Shown: in pieces, positions 36,902 through 45,059 of the stretch
Layout: every line of letters begins with the position of its first letter
How positions within the stretch are numbered: the first letter of the stretch is position 1
NCBI GenBank assembly: GCA_046594305.1
Contig: JBKJTB010000368.1
Span: forward strand, 3,317-67,316
Direction of reading: 5' to 3'
DNA length: 64,000 nt
DNA from: Devosia sp.
GTDB lineage: Bacteria; Pseudomonadota; Alphaproteobacteria; Rhizobiales; Devosiaceae
The notes under the pieces: generated by a model
Seen by the model: only the letters and a program-made list of their open reading frames with translations
What the model was told of the DNA's origin: nothing
The model's database searches: none
Position numbers and translations under genes: made by a program

Positions 36902-37342
36902 ATGGCCTATTGGCTGATGAAGTCTGAGCCTGATGTGTTCAGCTACACCGACCTCGAGAACAAGCCGGTCGAGCAGTGGCATGGCGTGCGCAATTTCACC
37001 GCGCGCAACAACATGATGGCGATGAAGATCGGCGAGCTTGCCTTCTTCTACCACTCCAATATCGGCAAGGAGATCGTCGGCATCATGAAGGTGGTGGCGC
37101 TCGCCCACCCCGATTCCACCGCCGAGCCCAACGACAAGGGCAAAATCGTCTGGGAATGCGTCGACGTCGTCCACCACATGAAGCTGCCGAAACCCGTGAC
37201 GCTCGAGACCATCAAGAAGACGCCCGAGCTTGCCAATATGGCGCTGGTAAAACTGTCGCGGCTGTCGGTCGGTCCGGTGTCGGACGCGGAGTGGACGCTG
37301 ATCTGCCAGATGGGCGGGCTCAAGAAGGCGCCGACGGCCTAA
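36902..37342 (+). CDS. EVE (PUA-like) domain-containing protein
   Basis: 146 aa; MAYWLMKSEPDVFSY...WHGVRNFTARNNM..GELAFFYHSN is the canonical EVE N-terminus. Confidence 0.85.
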   Translation: MAYWLMKSEPDVFSYTDLENKPVEQWHGVRNFTARNNMMAMKIGELAFFYHSNIGKEIVGIMKVVALAHPDSTAEPNDKGKIVWECVDVVHHMKLPKPVTLETIKKTPELANMALVKLSRLSVGPVSDAEWTLICQMGGLKKAPTA

Positions 37343-37345
37343 GCG

Positions 37346-37639
37346 TCAGATCGGCGAGTCGTCGTTATTCCAGCCGAACCAGTGCGCAAACTGGTTGGTA
37401 AAACCCTCCGTCGCTTGCTGCCAGGAATCGACGAAATCCTGCGTCGGCTGTCCCCAATCCTCGGTGGCATTCTGCAACTGGCCGAAGAAGTCGTCGGCGC
37501 TGTCCTGCCAGGCGTCGAACAGCGTGTGCGCCGCCTCGTCGACAGTATCTGACGCCTCCGCCGCCTGAGTTGCGGCTGCCGCCGGGGCGTCGGCGGCGAA
37601 GAAGTGGAAGATGTCGTCGAAGAAATCGAACACTGGCAA
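37346..37639 (-). CDS. hypothetical highly acidic, aromatic-rich protein with no Lys/Arg
   Basis: 97-aa ORF with TTG start at 37639 (GTG two codons in is better spaced from GAGG). GC3 is high, and the competing frame (37339..37728) is R/S/T-rich junk. Composition is 15 Asp, 4 Glu, 0 Lys, 0 Arg, 13 Phe and 5 Trp. It fills an otherwise empty 400-nt gap. Confidence 0.55.
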   Translation of the reverse strand: MPVFDFFDDIFHFFAADAPAAAATQAAEASDTVDEAAHTLFDAWQDSADDFFGQLQNATEDWGQPTQDFVDSWQQATEGFTNQFAHWFGWNNDDSPI

Positions 37640-37705
37640 GGCCTCAATCGTCTGCCGTAGGCTAACTCACCACTGAGTATCTTGAAACCTGCTCTCGCGG
37701 CGACT

Positions 37706-37731
37706 ATTATGACCATAATTATGGTCATAAT
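37706..37731. promoter_or_regulatory. 26-bp perfect palindrome ATTATGACCATAA|TTATGGTCATAAT, probable TA-module operator overlapping -10
   Basis: The perfect dyad lies 12 nt upstream of the antitoxin ATG 37743. Its 3' half contains CATAAT, and a GAGG RBS follows. Confidence 0.6.
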
Positions 37732-37742
37732 CTGAGGCTGAG

Positions 37743-37988
37743 ATGAGCATGAGCATCGCCGAAGCGAAGAGTCAGTTCTCGTCCGTCGTCGAAAGAGCGG
37801 CGGCCGGCGAAGAGGTGACGATCACCAAGCACGGAAAGCCGGTCGCCAAGATAGTTCCCGTGCGGACAGAACGTGACCGGGCAAAAGCCCGCGCGGCGTT
37901 CCAAGACATAATCCGGTTGCGCGACGAAACGGGCGCCACGCTCGGTGGGTTGAGTTGGAAGGAGTTGCGAGACGAAGGCCGCAAGTGA
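37743..37988 (+). CDS. type II antitoxin, Phd/YefM family
   Basis: 81 aa; ...SIAEAKSQFSSVVERAAAGEEVTITKHGKPVAKIVP... is the canonical Phd/YefM N-terminus. Confidence 0.85.
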   Translation: MSMSIAEAKSQFSSVVERAAAGEEVTITKHGKPVAKIVPVRTERDRAKARAAFQDIIRLRDETGATLGGLSWKELRDEGRK

Positions 37989-38395
37989 CGATCGTCGTTG
38001 ACACCTCCCTGATCATCGCATGGCTCCTGCAGGAGGAGCGTTCGTCTCAGGCCGAGGAAGTCGCCCGCCTGATCATCGAGGACGGTGCCTGGGTACCGCA
38101 GCTGTTCTCGATCGAGGTCGCGAACGTGCTGCTACAAGCAGTGAGACGTAAGCGGATCACGGAGCTTTACGCGGACGAACAGCTGCGGCGGCTTGAGGAC
38201 GTTTCGCTCTCTATTGACCCCGAAACCAACGACCACTCGTGGAGCACGACCTACCGTCTGGCGGTGGACGAAGGACTGACTGTGTACGACGCCACTTACC
38301 TTGAACTCGCCCTGCGTCGCGATGCAGTTGTGGCGACGCTGGATGCTGACCTGGCTGCCGCGGCTCGCCGCCGCGGTCTTACCGTCCTGCCCTAG
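37985..38395 (+). CDS. vapC: type II toxin, PIN-domain ribonuclease VapC
   Basis: GTG 37985 overlaps the antitoxin stop (GTGA). TIVVDTSLIIAWLL...YDATYLELALRR...LATLDADL carries the PIN acidic residues. Confidence 0.85.
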   Translation: MTIVVDTSLIIAWLLQEERSSQAEEVARLIIEDGAWVPQLFSIEVANVLLQAVRRKRITELYADEQLRRLEDVSLSIDPETNDHSWSTTYRLAVDEGLTVYDATYLELALRRDAVVATLDADLAAAARRRGLTVLP

Positions 38396-38610
38396 AAATC
38401 CGCGGTAATCCCCTTGATCTCCCAGTCGCCGTAGCGGTTGGGGTCCAGGCCGCCGCGGCCGCCTTTTTCGGTGGGGCGTGCGGCCATTTCGGCGTCGATG
38501 GCTTTGCGGCGGGCTTCCGCTTCCGCCAGCGCGCGCTGGGCTGCCGGGGTTAGCGGCTTTGCGGGGGCGACGGGCTCGCTAGCCCCGCTGGGCTTGTCGG
38601 GAACGCTCAT
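38392..38610 (-). CDS. DUF1674 domain protein (SDHAF4-like)
   Basis: 72 aa ending ...[20 protein letters not shown], the signature C-terminus of DUF1674. ATG 38610 (alternative 38619). Confidence 0.75.
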   Translation of the reverse strand: MSVPDKPSGASEPVAPAKPLTPAAQRALAEAEARRKAIDAEMAARPTEKGGRGGLDPNRYGDWEIKGITADF

Positions 38611-38653
38611 GGTCCCCATTTTAGTGCAGTCACGCGTTCTGTCGAGGAGACCA

Positions 38654-39631
38654 ATGTTCAATCTGATCCGTACCGGCGCCCTGATCGCGGCGATGACCGC
38701 GCTGTTCATGGTCGTGGGCTATTTCATCGGTGGCCAGTCAGGCATGCTGATTGCCCTGGGCGTTGCGGTCGTGACCAACCTCTTTGCCTACTGGAATGCC
38801 GACAAGATGGTGCTCTCGATGCAGAACGCCGTCGAGGTCGATCCCGCGCGGGCGCCCGATCTCTACCGCATGGTCGAGACGCTGAGCCAGCGCGCCGGCA
38901 TTCCGACGCCAAAGCTCTATGTCATCGAAACGCCGCAGCCCAATGCGTTCGCCACGGGCCGCAATCCGCAGAATGCGGCCGTCGCGGTGTCGTCGGGGCT
39001 GCTCAACACGCTGACGCCAGACGAAGTCGCGGGCGTCGTGGCGCACGAGCTGGCGCACATCAAGAACCGCGACACGCTGACCATGACGGTCACCGCGACG
39101 CTCGCCGGCGCAATTTCGATGCTGGCGCAGTTCGGGCTGTTTTTCGGCGGCGGCAACAATCGCAACAACCCGCTGGGTGGCATCGGCGCGCTGCTGATGG
39201 TGTTCCTCGCGCCGCTGGCGGCTGCACTGGTGCAGATGGCGGTGAGCCGAACGCGCGAATACGAGGCCGACAAGGATGGCGCGGTCATTTCGGGCGAGCC
39301 GCTGGCGCTGGCGTCGGCGCTGAGCAAGATCAGCTCGATCGCGCAGCGCACCATCAATGTGCAGGCCGAGCGCAATCCGGCGATGGCGCATCTCTACATC
39401 ACCAACCCCTTGAGCGGGGCGCGGATGGACAATCTGTTCGCGACCCATCCGGCGGTCGAGAACCGCATCGCGGCGCTGCAGCAGCTGGCCGCCGAGATGG
39501 GCCGCGACAGCGGCGGGGTCGGCCCGGCGACGCATCCGGACTTTACCGCGACGCCGCAAGGCAATAGTGGCTGGCGGGTGCCGCAGTTTACGGAAGGCGA
39601 AGATCGCCGGTCGCGCGGCCCCTGGGGCTGA
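38654..39631 (+). CDS. htpX: zinc metalloprotease HtpX (M48 family)
   Basis: ATG 38654 follows GAGGAG. Four TM segments, [10 protein letters not shown] zinc site and ...[10 protein letters not shown].... Confidence 0.9.
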   Translation: MFNLIRTGALIAAMTALFMVVGYFIGGQSGMLIALGVAVVTNLFAYWNADKMVLSMQNAVEVDPARAPDLYRMVETLSQRAGIPTPKLYVIETPQPNAFATGRNPQNAAVAVSSGLLNTLTPDEVAGVVAHELAHIKNRDTLTMTVTATLAGAISMLAQFGLFFGGGNNRNNPLGGIGALLMVFLAPLAAALVQMAVSRTREYEADKDGAVISGEPLALASALSKISSIAQRTINVQAERNPAMAHLYITNPLSGARMDNLFATHPAVENRIAALQQLAAEMGRDSGGVGPATHPDFTATPQGNSGWRVPQFTEGEDRRSRGPWG

Positions 39632-39632
39632 G

Positions 39633-40928
39633 TTGGCGAAACAGAAACACGTCCCGGGCCTCGAGCTCCGGTTGATCGCTGCGCAGAGATTGCAGCAGGT
39701 TCTCAAGGGGGCGAGCTTTTCGCCCCTTGCCGCGTCCGAGCTTGCCGACAGCCGCGATCGGGCGTTGGCCAACAAGCTGATCACCACGGCGCTGCGCCGG
39801 CATGGGCATCTGAATGTCGTGCTGAAGCACCTGCTCGAGCGCGGCATGCCCAAGAAATCGGGCAGTTTCGAAGCCGTGCTGCGGCTCAGCCTGGCCCAAA
39901 TCCTCTATCTGCCCGAACTGGGCGACCATTCGGCGCTGTTCCTCGCCGGCGAGGCAACCAAGCGCGACAAGCAGGCCCAGCACCTCAGCAAGCTGATGAA
40001 CGCACTGCTCCGCCGCGCCCAGACCGAGGCCGCCGAGCTGCGCGAGGGCGCGCCCGAGTTGCTGTTCGCCCCGGCGCTGGTCAAAACCTGGACCGAGGCG
40101 TACGGCGCCGACGCCATCCCCGCATTCGCCGATGCCCTGCTCGATGGCGCCCCGCTCGATCTGACGCTCAAGGCGGACTACCCGGCGCTGCTCGAACTGC
40201 TCGGCGCCCGGCCGCTATTTGCCGACACCGTGCGGATCGACGAGCGCGACAAGCCGGTGGATCAGCTTGCGGGATATACCGAGGGCCGGTTCTGGGTGCA
40301 GGACGCCGCCGCGGCGATCCCCGCCCGTTTGCTAAGGCTGGCGCCCGGCGCCCGTGTGCTCGACGTCGGCGCGGCCCCGGGCGGCAAGACGGCGCAACTG
40401 GTCAAAGCCGGCTACACTGTCACGGCCCTCGATCGCGACCCGCAGCGCGTGGCGCGTCTGCAGCAGAACCTGATGCGGCTCAGCTACACGGCCGAACTGA
40501 TCACCGCCGATGCGCTCGAATACGTCCCGTCGGCGCCGTTCGATGGCGTGTTGCTCGATGCGCCCTGTTCGGCCACGGGCACCTTCCGCCGCCATCCGGA
40601 GGTGGTGTGGCACCGCAACCCAGCCGACATCGCCGGCCGCGTGGCCTTGCAGCGAAAGCTCATCGCGCGGGCCGTCGACTGCCTCAATCCGGGCGGCACA
40701 CTCATCTATTGCGTCTGCTCAATGGAGCCCGAAGAGGGCGAGTTGCAGGCGGCCTGGGCGATCGAACAAGGGCTCGAGCTCGTGCCCGTGAATGAAGGCG
40801 AGCTTGACGGCTGGGCCATCCCCATCACACAAGCCGGGTTCGTACGCACGCATCCGGGTCAGATCGTTCCTGGGGATAAGGGCGGCACGCTGGACGGGTT
40901 CTTCGTTGCGCGCTTCCGCCGCCGCTGA
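39633..40928 (+). CDS. rsmB: RsmB/NOP family RNA cytosine-C5 methyltransferase
   Basis: SAM and catalytic motifs VLDVGAAPGGKT, LLDAPCSATGTFRRHPE and YCVCSMEPEEGE. Start is uncertain: TTG 39633 immediately follows the htpX stop, while ATG 39567 would overlap htpX by 65 nt. Confidence 0.8.
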   Translation: MAKQKHVPGLELRLIAAQRLQQVLKGASFSPLAASELADSRDRALANKLITTALRRHGHLNVVLKHLLERGMPKKSGSFEAVLRLSLAQILYLPELGDHSALFLAGEATKRDKQAQHLSKLMNALLRRAQTEAAELREGAPELLFAPALVKTWTEAYGADAIPAFADALLDGAPLDLTLKADYPALLELLGARPLFADTVRIDERDKPVDQLAGYTEGRFWVQDAAAAIPARLLRLAPGARVLDVGAAPGGKTAQLVKAGYTVTALDRDPQRVARLQQNLMRLSYTAELITADALEYVPSAPFDGVLLDAPCSATGTFRRHPEVVWHRNPADIAGRVALQRKLIARAVDCLNPGGTLIYCVCSMEPEEGELQAAWAIEQGLELVPVNEGELDGWAIPITQAGFVRTHPGQIVPGDKGGTLDGFFVARFRRR

Positions 40929-40988
40929 ATATCATCGAGTTTCCGGCCTATGCCGGTCGGGCGCGGCCGCGGGGGCTGGGGCGTCCCT

Positions 40989-41089
40989 GGAGCGTTTCCA
41001 GGAAAAGTGGTGTCCGGTTTTCCGTTTCGGAAACGCGACAAACAAAGAGCGGGAGCAGATCGCTGTTTCAACGAAACGGCGATGTGCTC
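40989..41089. repeat. copy of a dispersed alphaproteobacterial intergenic repeat (GAAAAGTG..CGGTTTTCCG..AAACAAAGAG + terminal 17-bp hairpin)
   Basis: ...ggaaaagtggtgtccggttttccgtttcggaaacgcgacaaacaaagagcgg... is followed by hairpin GAGCAGATCGCTGTTTC-aac-GAAACGGCGATGTGCTC (41053-41089, 15/17 paired). It matches my recollection of a repeat family that is often mis-translated as ...EKW.PVFR..... Confidence 0.5.
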
Positions 41090-41108
41090 CGGGGCACAAG
41101 AGGGCCGG

Positions 41109-42746
41109 TTGGCAAACCCGCTAGCTTTCGCTGTCAGTCAGGGCGCCAAGCACTTTGCCGACTTCATGGTCAGCAATCCGGTGATCCGCTGGGTATGGAC
41201 CGGCCCCGGCAACGAGGACTATTCGACCGCGCTCGGCGATTTCAGGCCGTCGGACCGTGAATCGCTGCTCGAAATGATGGCCGGGCGGTATTTGCTCGCC
41301 AGTAAGCTCGTCGACACCAACGGCGCGTCGCCCTTCGCCATCGACATGGTGCATGACGACTGGCTCGACGATCTCCAGTCCTTCGCCTGGTTCCGCCACT
41401 TCCGCGATGCTCGTACCGACGGCGAGCGCAGCTTCGGTCGCGCACTCGTCATCGACTGGATCGATCGCGACGGCGGCTTCGACCCGCGCACCTGGGCGCT
41501 GTCGATCACGGCGCGGCGCGTCCTCAACTGGCTGCGGCACTTCAATATTCTGGTCGAGGGCGCCAATCCCGAAGACGTCAAGGTCATCACGCGCTCGCTG
41601 GGCACGCAGATCCAGTCGCTGAAACTGCGCGCGCCCTTTGCGGACGACCCGGTCGATGCGCTGATGTCGGCGATTGCGCTGCTCGGCGTGGCGCTTTGCG
41701 ACAATGACCGGCAGGCGGAAATCCCGTCGCGTCTCTACCAGATGAACATGCTCCTCGACCGGCAGATCGACGAGGATGGCCTGCACCGGACGCGCTCGGC
41801 GAAAGTGCAGTTCCAGCTCATCGTCGAGTTGACGACGCTGCGCCAGTCGCTCCTCAGGCAATCGGACGCCTATCGCAACGAACTGGGCGATCTGCTCGAG
41901 AGCATGCACCGGGCGCTCGATGCGATTTCGCTCGGCACCGGCGAGCCGGCCTATTTCAACGGCACCGGGCAGATGCCGCACGATATCATCGTCGCCGTGC
42001 AGTCGCAGACGCCGACGCGGGCGCGCACCACGGGCACCGCCGGCGGGTACGGGCGGCTGATCTGGGACAAGTCGATCGTCGTTGCCGATTCCGGCCTCGT
42101 GCCGCCGCCCGAATATGCGCGCCACATGCACGCTTCGGCGCTGGCCTTCGAGTTCAGCCATGGTCGCGATCTGGTGGTGTGCAATTGCGGCCCGGCGCAG
42201 TCCGACGAGGAGGAAAGCGCACTGCTCTTCCGCCAGGGCATCGCGCATGCCGGGCCGACGATCAATGCGCTGTCGGCAGCGACGATCCCGACGCGCGGTC
42301 CGCTCAAGAACCGCGTCGTGCGGATCGGCAAGGCGCCCGACATCGCGAGCGAGGAAGCCGACCATACGCTGGTGATGCGCACGCATGGCTACGCCGATCG
42401 TTTTGGCGTGGTGCTCGAGCGTCGGCTGACGCTGCTGGCCGACGGACACTCGCTGGTCGGGCAGGACCGCCTCATCAAGGCGCGCAACAAGGTATCGGGG
42501 GCCTGCGCCATCCGCTTCCACCTCGCGCACCAGACGCAGGTGAGCCAGGCCGGCGACATGCTGAAACTGCGTCTCGCGTCCGGCCAGGTGTGGAATTTCC
42601 TGTGGGACGGCGCCGACATGCGGGTCGAGGATAGCGTCCGCCAATCCGCTTATTTCGGCTTCCACCGCACCCGCCAGATCGTGCTCGATGTGCTGGTGGC
42701 AGACGTCGGTGAAGTCAGCTGGATATTTACGCTCGACGAGGGGTGA
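41109..42746 (+). CDS. heparinase II/III family protein
   Basis: ...IRWVWTGPG...ASPFAI...LQSFAWFRHFRDA... plus its position between rsmB and purH fit the conserved Hyphomicrobiales heparinase II/III-like protein. Start is uncertain: TTG 41109 follows GAGGG, ATG 41082 lies inside the repeat hairpin, and ATG 41166 is the first ATG outside it. Confidence 0.75.
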   Translation: MANPLAFAVSQGAKHFADFMVSNPVIRWVWTGPGNEDYSTALGDFRPSDRESLLEMMAGRYLLASKLVDTNGASPFAIDMVHDDWLDDLQSFAWFRHFRDARTDGERSFGRALVIDWIDRDGGFDPRTWALSITARRVLNWLRHFNILVEGANPEDVKVITRSLGTQIQSLKLRAPFADDPVDALMSAIALLGVALCDNDRQAEIPSRLYQMNMLLDRQIDEDGLHRTRSAKVQFQLIVELTTLRQSLLRQSDAYRNELGDLLESMHRALDAISLGTGEPAYFNGTGQMPHDIIVAVQSQTPTRARTTGTAGGYGRLIWDKSIVVADSGLVPPPEYARHMHASALAFEFSHGRDLVVCNCGPAQSDEEESALLFRQGIAHAGPTINALSAATIPTRGPLKNRVVRIGKAPDIASEEADHTLVMRTHGYADRFGVVLERRLTLLADGHSLVGQDRLIKARNKVSGACAIRFHLAHQTQVSQAGDMLKLRLASGQVWNFLWDGADMRVEDSVRQSAYFGFHRTRQIVLDVLVADVGEVSWIFTLDEG

Positions 42747-42812
42747 TCTTCTGGTGGTTCCCTTCCGCCGCCCCCCATGATAGCCAGCGCCCGAAATCAC
42801 AGGGAACCGGCC

Positions 42813-44399
42813 ATGCCCAACGCGATCGTCCCCATCAAGCGCGCGCTGCTCAGCGTTTTCGACAAGACCGGCATGGAGGAGTTTGCGAAGGAACTGGCGC
42901 GGCTCGGGGTCGATCTGGTGTCGACCGGCGGCACCAGCAAGCTGATCGCCTCGACCGGCGCCGCGGTGCGCGACATCTCCGATCTCACCGGCTTTCCCGA
43001 GATGATGGATGGACGGGTCAAGACGCTCCACCCGAAAGTGCATGGCGGGTTGCTCGCGGTGCGCGACAACCCCACGCACAAGGCCTCGATGGACGAACAC
43101 GAGATCGGCGCCATCGATCTGGTGGTGGTCAACCTCTATCCGTTCGAGGCGACGATCGCCAAGGGCGCGTCCTACGACGAAACGATCGAGAACATCGACA
43201 TCGGCGGGCCGGCGATGATCCGCTCGGCGGCCAAGAACCACGCCTATGTCACGGTGGTCGTCGATCCCAACGACTACGAGCCGGTGCTCGAAGCGATCCG
43301 CCAGCAGGGCGGCGTGCCCTACGAGATGCGCCAGAAGCTCGCGGCGAAAGCTTATGCCCGCACTGCCGCCTACGACTCGACCATCTCGAACTGGTTCGCG
43401 CGCACTCTCGGCTATAACGATATTCCATATCGCGGCTTCGGCGGGCAGCTCGCCGAAGTCATGCGCTATGGCGAGAACCCGCATCAATGGGCGGCGTTCT
43501 ACCGCAATGGCGAACAGCGCCCGGGCGTGTCGACGGCGACGCAGCTGCAGGGCAAGTCGCTGAGCTACAACAATCTCAACGATACCGACGCGGCGTTCGA
43601 GCTCATCTCCGAGTTCGACCCGAAGGTGCCCGCGGTTGCTATCATCAAGCACGCCAATCCGTGCGGCGTCGCCACTGGAACGACGCTCGCCGATGCCTAT
43701 CTCAAGGCGCAGCGCTGCGATCCGGTGTCGGCCTTCGGCGGCATCGTCGCGCTCAATCAGGAGATCGACGAGGCGACGGCGACGGAGATCGTCAAGATCT
43801 TCACCGAAGTGATCGTCGCGCCGTCAGCCAGCGATGCGGCGCAAAAGATCATCGCCACCAAGAAGAATCTTCGCCTCCTGGTCACCGGCGCGCTGGCCGA
43901 TCCTAAGGCGTCCGGCGTCACCTTCAAGTCGCTGGCCGGCGGCATGCTGGTGCAGAGCCGCGACAATGGCCGGCTCGACGATGTCGAGCTTAAGGTCGTG
44001 ACCAAGAAGGGGCCCACCGACATCGAGATGGCCGACCTCAAGCTTGCCTGGAAGGTCGCCAAGCACGTCAAATCCAACGCCATCATCTATGTGAAGGACG
44101 GCGCCACCGTCGGTATCGGCGCGGGCCAGATGAGCCGGCTCGATTCCTCGCGCGTCGCGCACCGCAAGTCGATCGACGCCGCGCAGGCCGCGGGTATCGA
44201 GGGTGCGCTGACGCAAGGCTCGGTGGTTGCCTCCGACGCCTTCTTCCCGTTCCCCGACGGCATGCTGGCGGCAGTCGACGCCGGCGCCACGGCGCTGATC
44301 CAGCCCGGCGGCTCGATGAACGATCAGGCCGTGATCGACGCGGCGGACGAACGGGGCGTGGCCATGGTGTTCACTGGGATGCGGCACTTCCGACACTGA
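42813..44399 (+). CDS. purH: bifunctional AICAR transformylase / IMP cyclohydrolase
   Basis: [20 protein letters not shown]...STGGTSKLI...[13 protein letters not shown]...; 528 aa from ATG 42813. Confidence 0.93.
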   Translation: MPNAIVPIKRALLSVFDKTGMEEFAKELARLGVDLVSTGGTSKLIASTGAAVRDISDLTGFPEMMDGRVKTLHPKVHGGLLAVRDNPTHKASMDEHEIGAIDLVVVNLYPFEATIAKGASYDETIENIDIGGPAMIRSAAKNHAYVTVVVDPNDYEPVLEAIRQQGGVPYEMRQKLAAKAYARTAAYDSTISNWFARTLGYNDIPYRGFGGQLAEVMRYGENPHQWAAFYRNGEQRPGVSTATQLQGKSLSYNNLNDTDAAFELISEFDPKVPAVAIIKHANPCGVATGTTLADAYLKAQRCDPVSAFGGIVALNQEIDEATATEIVKIFTEVIVAPSASDAAQKIIATKKNLRLLVTGALADPKASGVTFKSLAGGMLVQSRDNGRLDDVELKVVTKKGPTDIEMADLKLAWKVAKHVKSNAIIYVKDGATVGIGAGQMSRLDSSRVAHRKSIDAAQAAGIEGALTQGSVVASDAFFPFPDGMLAAVDAGATALIQPGGSMNDQAVIDAADERGVAMVFTGMRHFRH

Positions 44400-44403
44400 G
44401 GTG

Positions 44404-44796
44404 TCACTCGGCGATTGCCAGTCCCAAATGGCGCTCGAAATGGCCGTAGTCGCGGTCGCGGTGCAAGACAGCATAGTCGTGCTCGATGCAGTATGTTGCG
44501 ATTATCAGGTCCGGCGTGCCGCGTATGGTCACGCTTAGCGCCCTTAGGGTTCGATAGTTGCGCGCCGCCTGAACCGCGATTTTTTCGTCGAGCACAGGGA
44601 CCACCTCGAATTGTCGAAGCTCATTCTCAAGCTGGGCCGCGATCTTGTCCGAGCGGGCGCCCTGTAGAACCTCCAGCAGGACCAGGTCCGGAACGAGAAT
44701 CTCCCGCGTGTCTTCGAGCAATCTGAGCTTCCTGACCGGCTCGGTCTCAGCAGCGTGAAAGTACGATATCCAGACGGAGCTATCGGGGACGATCAT
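44404..44796 (-). CDS. vapC: type II toxin, PIN-domain ribonuclease VapC
   Basis: 130 aa; MIVPDSSVWISYF...DLVLLEVLQG...DLIIATYCIEH...LHRDRDY has the PIN acidic quartet pattern. The region is lower in GC than its flanks. Confidence 0.85.
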   Translation of the reverse strand: MIVPDSSVWISYFHAAETEPVRKLRLLEDTREILVPDLVLLEVLQGARSDKIAAQLENELRQFEVVPVLDEKIAVQAARNYRTLRALSVTIRGTPDLIIATYCIEHDYAVLHRDRDYGHFERHLGLAIAE

Positions 44797-45005
44797 TCCT
44801 GCTCGCGCGACCAGCCTTTACGCATCTCGTCGAGGTCGCCATCCCAACCAATTCCCCATAGGCGCCGAAGCGCCAGGCGCTGCCGGTTTATCCTTACGGC
44901 AAGCCGCATGGATTCCTCGACTGCGCCCTTCTTCGTGGTCTGTCCCAACGCCATCATTGTGTCGGACATCAACTCGTCGTCGATATCGATGTTTGTCCGG
45001 CCCAT
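44793..45005 (-). CDS. vapB: type II antitoxin VapB family
   Basis: MGRTNIDIDDELM... N-terminus. ATG 45005 follows GGAGG, and the stop overlaps the vapC start. Confidence 0.8.
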   Translation of the reverse strand: MGRTNIDIDDELMSDTMMALGQTTKKGAVEESMRLAVRINRQRLALRRLWGIGWDGDLDEMRKGWSREQE

Positions 45006-45059
45006 GTGAGCCTCCATGTGTACGATCTCACGCAAACATACACATCGTACGGCCCAGCT

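Noticed and set aside
42747-42812. ZTP (pfl) riboswitch upstream of purH.
   Set aside because: Only 66 nt separate the heparinase-like stop from the purH ATG. This is too short for the two-subdomain motif, and no conserved ZTP core sequences are visible.
41121-43652. Very long antisense ORFs in the track. Examples are 843 aa at 41121..43652(-), 739 aa at 17471..19690(-), 458 aa at 451..1827(-) and 3461..4837(-), 524 aa at 30225..31799(+), and 454 aa at 46857..48221(+).
   Set aside because: Each lies opposite a gene with clear family motifs. Their translations are Arg/Ala/Gly/Asp-rich with no recognisable motifs. Several span two independent genes on the other strand. These are typical stop-codon-poor shadow frames of a high-GC genome.
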